A stretch of 64,000 nt of DNA from Amoebophrya sp. A120. Lineage: Eukaryota > Protista > Dinoflagellata. Under the pieces are notes generated by a model. The model did no database searches. It was not told where the DNA came from and saw only the letters and a program-made list of their open reading frames with translations. This document shows positions 61,401 through 64,000 of the stretch, one piece after another. Location: NCBI GenBank assembly GCA_905178155.1, contig CAJINV010000002.1, positions 12,890,387-12,954,386 on the forward strand. Direction: 5' to 3'. Both the position numbers and the translations under genes were made by a program. How positions within the stretch are numbered: position 1 is the stretch's first letter; each line of letters begins with the position of its first letter.

Positions 61401-64000
61401 ACCCCTTGCGGTTTGGAAAGCGAATCTCGATCACAGACTACTTGACGCTCGGGTCGTCCTTGTCCTTGCGCACCTACATGCGCGTGGGTTCGGGTGTGTC
61501 GATCGTGGAGAGCGCACGGCTCGCGGTCTCCCTGTCGCTGTTGCAGCAGGTGACGCTGGGCAGTGCGCTGTCTCTGCGGAGCCAGGTGTTCGCCGGCGGA
61601 AAGACCAGCGTCCTGGACTGTTTGACCCTTGGCTCCTCCCTGTCGATTCGCGCCTACGGCAGAATTGGTTCCGGCTTCAGCGTCGCAGGCAGCGTCCGCG
61701 CGGCCGGTGGTGCGCTTTCGGTCCTGGACCAGCTGCAACTGGGTTCGTCTCTCTCTGTTCGAAGCCTGATTCGGGGTGGCGACGCTCTGTCCCTGCTGCA
61801 GTTCGTGAATCTCGGGTCGAGTTTGTCCTTGCGCACCTACACGAGATTCGGTTCGGGCTTCTCGGTGCTGGAAAAGGCACTGGTTCAGGACAGTCTGTCG
61901 ATTATTGAGCAGCTGGAGGTCGGGTCCTCGCTTTCCCTGCGCGGATTTATCAAGGCGGGCGACAAGATCTCCGTCCTTTCGTTCGCGCAGTGCGGATCGG
62001 GTCTTTCCATTCGGAACTTCGTCCGCATCGGAAGCAGCATGTCTTTGTTCGGCACCAGCCGGTGCGCAAGCATTCTCTCGGTGCTCGACACCACGCACTT
62101 CGGTTCGTGTCTGTCCACCCGCGAATACGTCCGACTCGGCAGCGCCTTATCGGTCCTGGGTGGCGGGCTTATGGGCGCGCGGCTCTCGGTCTTGAATTCC
62201 ATCAACCTGGGGAGCAGCTTCTCGCTCCGCGGCGTGTCCCGCTGCGGCATGCGACTTTCCGCGCTGGATGCAGTCGCACTGGGAAGCAGCCTGTCGTTGC
62301 GCACCTGTGCCTATCTGTCCGCGCAGGCCTCCGTGCTTGACTTCGTCCAGTTGGGCTCTACGCTCAGCCTCCGCGGCGGCACGTGCAAGATCGGAAAGGC
62401 GTTCAGCGCCCTGGACTTCGCGCAGTGCGGCAGCTCTATGAGTCTGCGCTCCTTCGGCACCGCGGGTAGCAACGTGTCTGTGCTGTCCTACGTGAATTTG
62501 GGAAGTGCGATTTCGTTACGTGCGGCCGCGCGCATCGGCTCTGGCTTGTCAGTTGTCAGAACCTCGCAGATCGGCGGGTCTTTGTCCATCCTTTCGCAGG
62601 TGGCCGCAGCGTCGACGCTGTCTCTGCGGTACTTCGGCAACGCGGCCGGCAGCGCTTCCGTCTTCAACTTCCTGCAACTGGGTTCCGCTCTGTCCCTCCG
62701 GGCCACGGCCCGGCTGGGTTCCGCCTGCAGCGTGTTGTGCCAGGGCAGACTGGGCGACCGGGTCAGCGTCCTCGATGCAATCGTGATCGGCTCTTCCATG
62801 TCTCTGCGTGGGTCCACTATTCGGATTGCCGACCGGCTCTCGGTTTTGTCGTTCGCACAGCTGGGCTCTAGCTTGAGCCTGCGGAACTTCTTGCGTCTCG
62901 GCAGCGCTGCGTCGCTGTTCGGCGATGTCAGAAGTGGGGCGAAGACGTCCGTCTTGGACTGCGTCACCCTCGGGTCCTCGGTTTCCCTGCGGGCGTACTC
63001 CAGACTCGGCGCACACCTGTCCGTTCTCGATTTTATCCACCTTGGATCGAACGTCAGCATTCGCAACATGCTCCGCCTCGGAAGCTCGTGCTCCGTGTTC
63101 TCGCAGGTCCGCCTCGGTAGCACCATGTCCGTGATCGATAACACCCTCTATCAAATGCAAAAGTGTCTGGGTCTGGAAGAGTGCATGCTTGTCTGGCCTG
63201 ACTCTTAATAAATCTGTCATGCACGTTACCCACGTTACCCAGAAGGCTCGGCTGAAGTTGGGTTTTAGGATTTTGGCTTCCAAAAATCGACAGGGGTCCT
63301 CTGGACTTCCAAAATCCTAAAACCCAGTTTATCATGCAGAAAAATAGGCAACACCTAGAAGGAGCTCGAAAAATTTGTCATGCTGTGCCAACACAACTTG
63401 TGGCCTCCTCATGATATTAGTACAAGTACGCCGCCCAGCATCACAAATTTATTCCAGACCCAGACCTATTTGCAGTTCATACCCTCTTCGGGTCGACGAT
63501 CAGCGTTCGTGCGGTCACCCGGGTCGGATCGGCGCTGTCCGTGTTCGGGAGGCAGACCATCGGTGGCAGTTTCTCTGCGCTGTCGTACGCAGCGCTGGGC
63601 TCCTCGATGTCGCTCCGCTCCTTCGCACGCGTGGGCCAGCGAATCACCGTGTTCGACTACTGCCTGCTGGGCTCGTCCCTTTCCGTGCGCGCCGCGTGCC
63701 GCATCGGGAAGGGGCTCTCGACGCTTGACTCCGTGGTCCTCGGGTCCGCGTTGTCCCTTCGCCAGTGCTCGACCTTCAGCGGGATGGCCAGCATCTGCGA
63801 CGCCACCAGCCTGGGTAGCAGTTTGTCGGTGCGATCGATGTTGAAGTTGGGCGTTTCCGGTGTTTCCGTGATGGAATTTGTCGGCATGGGATCTGCGATG
63901 TCCCTTCGCTCGTACGTGCGAATCGGATCGGCGCTGAGTGTGTTCAAGGACGTGAAGTGCGGCGCGAAGCTCTCCGTGCTGGATTGCCTCTCGCTCGGGA
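6529..64000 (+). CDS. Giant Ser/Gly/Leu-rich 12/36-aa repeat protein (predicted beta-solenoid or fibre), 11 exons in window, 3' end outside window
   Basis: Exons (left direct-repeat copy kept): 6529-10411, 11660-13167, 13382-13424, 13709-14755, 15054-27968, 28249-34127, 36287-41380, 43339-53081, 53303-57454, 58759-63148, 63487->64000. These total 49,168 nt, 16,389 codons, with no stop. All ten junctions rejoin in frame and in repeat register. The true start codon is uncertain. Confidence 0.88.
10412..11654. mobile_element. Element 1: TIR introner / non-canonical intron, 1243 bp
   Basis: Left tatcacagtgaaaaatgccccccacccc; right end reverse-complements to tatcacaatgaaaaacgcccccacccc. Direct repeat CAGCT at 10407-10411 and 11655-11659. 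Rejoined protein reads FGSS-Y-SIRSFSRFGSSMSVYG. Confidence 0.92.
11660..13167 (+). CDS. Giant repeat gene exon 2 (includes an acidic, N-glycosylation-sequon-rich loop)
   Basis: Same frame as ORF 11695..13191, with the repeat consensus throughout. Confidence 0.88.
13168..13376. mobile_element. Element 2: TIR introner, 209 bp
   Basis: 31-bp TIR tatccaacaaaaaaactgtgttagtgtaact with 2 mismatches. Direct repeat GGTTA/GGTCA (13163-13167, 13377-13381). Rejoined protein reads GYMR(L/S)GSSCSVYG. Confidence 0.9.
13382..13424 (+). CDS. Giant repeat gene exon 3, 43-bp mini-exon between two elements
   Basis: Encodes GSSCSVYGMTRFGS, exactly the expected repeat rung. Confidence 0.85.
13425..13703. mobile_element. 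Element 3: TIR introner, 279 bp
   Basis: Perfect 24-bp TIR tatcctgtgtaaaaacgtccccac. Direct repeat AAGTT at 13420-13424 and 13704-13708. Rejoined protein reads RFGSSCSLLDTIGL. Confidence 0.93.
13709..14755 (+). CDS. Giant repeat gene exon 4
   Basis: Frame of ORF 13771..14760, repeat consensus. Confidence 0.88.
14756..15048 (+). mobile_element. Element 4: TIR introner family A, 293 bp
   Basis: ~40-bp imperfect TIR (tatgaaatgcaaaaggtctgggtctggatgagcggc). Direct repeat CTCCG at 14751-14755 and 15049-15053. AT-rich interior. Rejoined protein reads RLGSAMSLYK. Confidence 0.93.
15054..27968 (+). CDS. Giant repeat gene exon 5 (12,915 bp)
   Basis: Body of ORF 14975..27973 with a very regular 36-aa period. 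Confidence 0.9.
27969..28243 (+). mobile_element. Element 5: TIR introner family A, 275 bp
   Basis: Homologous to element 4 along its length, same orientation. Direct repeat GTCGT at 27964-27968 and 28244-28248. Rejoined protein reads ASSLSLLDFVQLG. Confidence 0.93.
28249..34127 (+). CDS. Giant repeat gene exon 6
   Basis: ORF 28248..34211 up to element 6. Confidence 0.9.
34194..34370 (+). repeat. 60-bp tandem repeat, ~3 copies, inside element 6
   Basis: ggacttccaaaatcctaaaacccaatttcag..gagc.ttccaaaattcgacaggggtct recurs with a period of exactly 60 (caaaatcct at 34201, 34261, 34321). Confidence 0.9.
34409..35503 (+). repeat. Degenerate 14-bp GC-rich minisatellite (GCGGGTCCCGGGTT)n inside element 6
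   Basis: About 1.1 kb of a 14-bp unit, regular at both ends and degenerate in the middle. The + strand is almost devoid of A. Confidence 0.93.
36287..41380 (+). CDS. Giant repeat gene exon 7
   Basis: Frame of ORF 36302..41449, with more divergent rungs. Confidence 0.88.
41381..43333. mobile_element. Element 7: TIR introner with satellite cargo, 1953 bp
   Basis: Perfect 24-bp TIR tatgacacaaataactcaaccaaa plus subterminal inverted blocks. Direct repeat ACGTC at 41376-41380 and 43334-43338. Rejoined protein reads SVLSHVSLGSTLSIR. Confidence 0.93.
41565..43145. repeat. ~70-bp GC-rich satellite (two alternating variants, roughly 20 units) inside element 7
   Basis: Unit ttcgaggcccgaacccgcatggcagagccggggttcgaacccggg followed by either tccaagggccgagctttcgcccagg or t(t/c)cgccgg.cggactttcgcc...caga. 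Confidence 0.9.
43339..53081 (+). CDS. Giant repeat gene exon 8 (9,743 bp)
   Basis: Body of ORF 43315..53154. Confidence 0.9.
53082..53297 (-). mobile_element. Element 8: TIR introner family A, 216 bp, inverted relative to elements 4 and 5
   Basis: The left end (tatccaatgcaaatatgtctgggtctggatgagcggcacaagg...tactttcgaacatctac) matches the reverse complement of the right ends of elements 4 and 5. Direct repeat AGCAC at 53077-53081 and 53298-53302. Rejoined protein reads RVGSTLSVIQR. Confidence 0.93.
53303..57454 (+). CDS. Giant repeat gene exon 9
   Basis: Body of ORF 53259..57494. Confidence 0.88.
57455..58753. mobile_element. Element 9: TIR introner with perfect satellite cargo, 1299 bp
   Basis: 40-bp TIR tatgggattctcacacgttacattctcaactgtgacatga (5 mismatches). 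Direct repeat TCCGC at 57450-57454 and 58754-58758. Rejoined protein reads KFGVSASVLNFANLG. Confidence 0.92.
57791..58588 (+). repeat. 19-bp tandem array (GGGTTTGGGTTCCGGGCCC) x42 inside element 9
   Basis: 798 bp equals 42 x 19. No variant unit seen by eye. Confidence 0.95.
58759..63148 (+). CDS. Giant repeat gene exon 10
   Basis: ORF 58763..63208 up to element 10. Confidence 0.88.
63149..63481. mobile_element. Element 10: TIR introner, 333 bp, family-A-like ends with a different interior
   Basis: Left tatcaaatgcaaaagtgtctgggtctggaa; right end reverse-complements to tatgaactgcaaataggtctgggtctggaa. Direct repeat CCCTC at 63144-63148 and 63482-63486. Rejoined protein reads VIDNTLFGSTISVRA. 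Confidence 0.92.
63487..64000 (+). CDS. Giant repeat gene exon 11 (truncated by the window edge; absent from the ORF track because it has no stop)
   Basis: Reads FGSTISVRAVTRVGSALSVFG...KLSVLDCLSLG, open to the edge. Confidence 0.88.

Noticed and set aside
10407-63486. Ciliate IESs with pointer repeats
   Set aside because: The high GC, standard-code ORFs and long element-specific TIRs do not fit a ciliate germline. DNA-level excision still cannot be excluded from sequence alone.
8000-63950. Hundreds of short antisense and alternate-frame ORFs overlapping the giant gene
   Set aside because: These are shadow ORFs expected from GC-rich, repetitive codon usage.
6529-64000. Array of separate paralogous genes, or a transposon-disrupted pseudogene
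   Set aside because: Each large ORF's stop lies inside an element, all ten junctions rejoin in frame and in register, and the exons have no other lesions.

Overview
Eukaryotic, GC-rich genomic window. The architecture resembles the parasitic dinoflagellate Amoebophrya (Syndiniales); this is an inference, not a database hit. The first ~5 kb holds three tandem, intronless, diverged paralogous membrane-protein ORFs. From 6529 to the right edge there is one giant + strand gene of >16,300 codons that runs off the window. It is built from ~12-aa Ser/Gly/Leu rungs in a 36-aa cycle (GSSLSVYGxxRL / GSSLSVLDFxxL / GSSLSLRSFARL). The large ORFs in the track are its exons. The gene is interrupted ten times by 209-2154 bp elements. 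All ten begin TAT and end ATA, carry ~24-40 bp terminal inverted repeats (TIRs), and are flanked by a different 5-bp direct repeat each time. Removing each element plus one direct-repeat copy restores the frame and the repeat consensus at all ten junctions, yet nine of the ten cannot be read as GT-AG, GC-AG or AT-AC introns. They look like non-autonomous DNA transposons acting as non-canonical introns (introners). One family occurs in both orientations. Unrelated families share an 11-bp motif (A-T-[T/C]-TGT-[G/C]-ATGC). One element is a chimera, and three carry GC-rich satellites with a common CCCGGGTT core, one of them built from tRNA T-arm/B-box-like units. No transposase is visible in the window.
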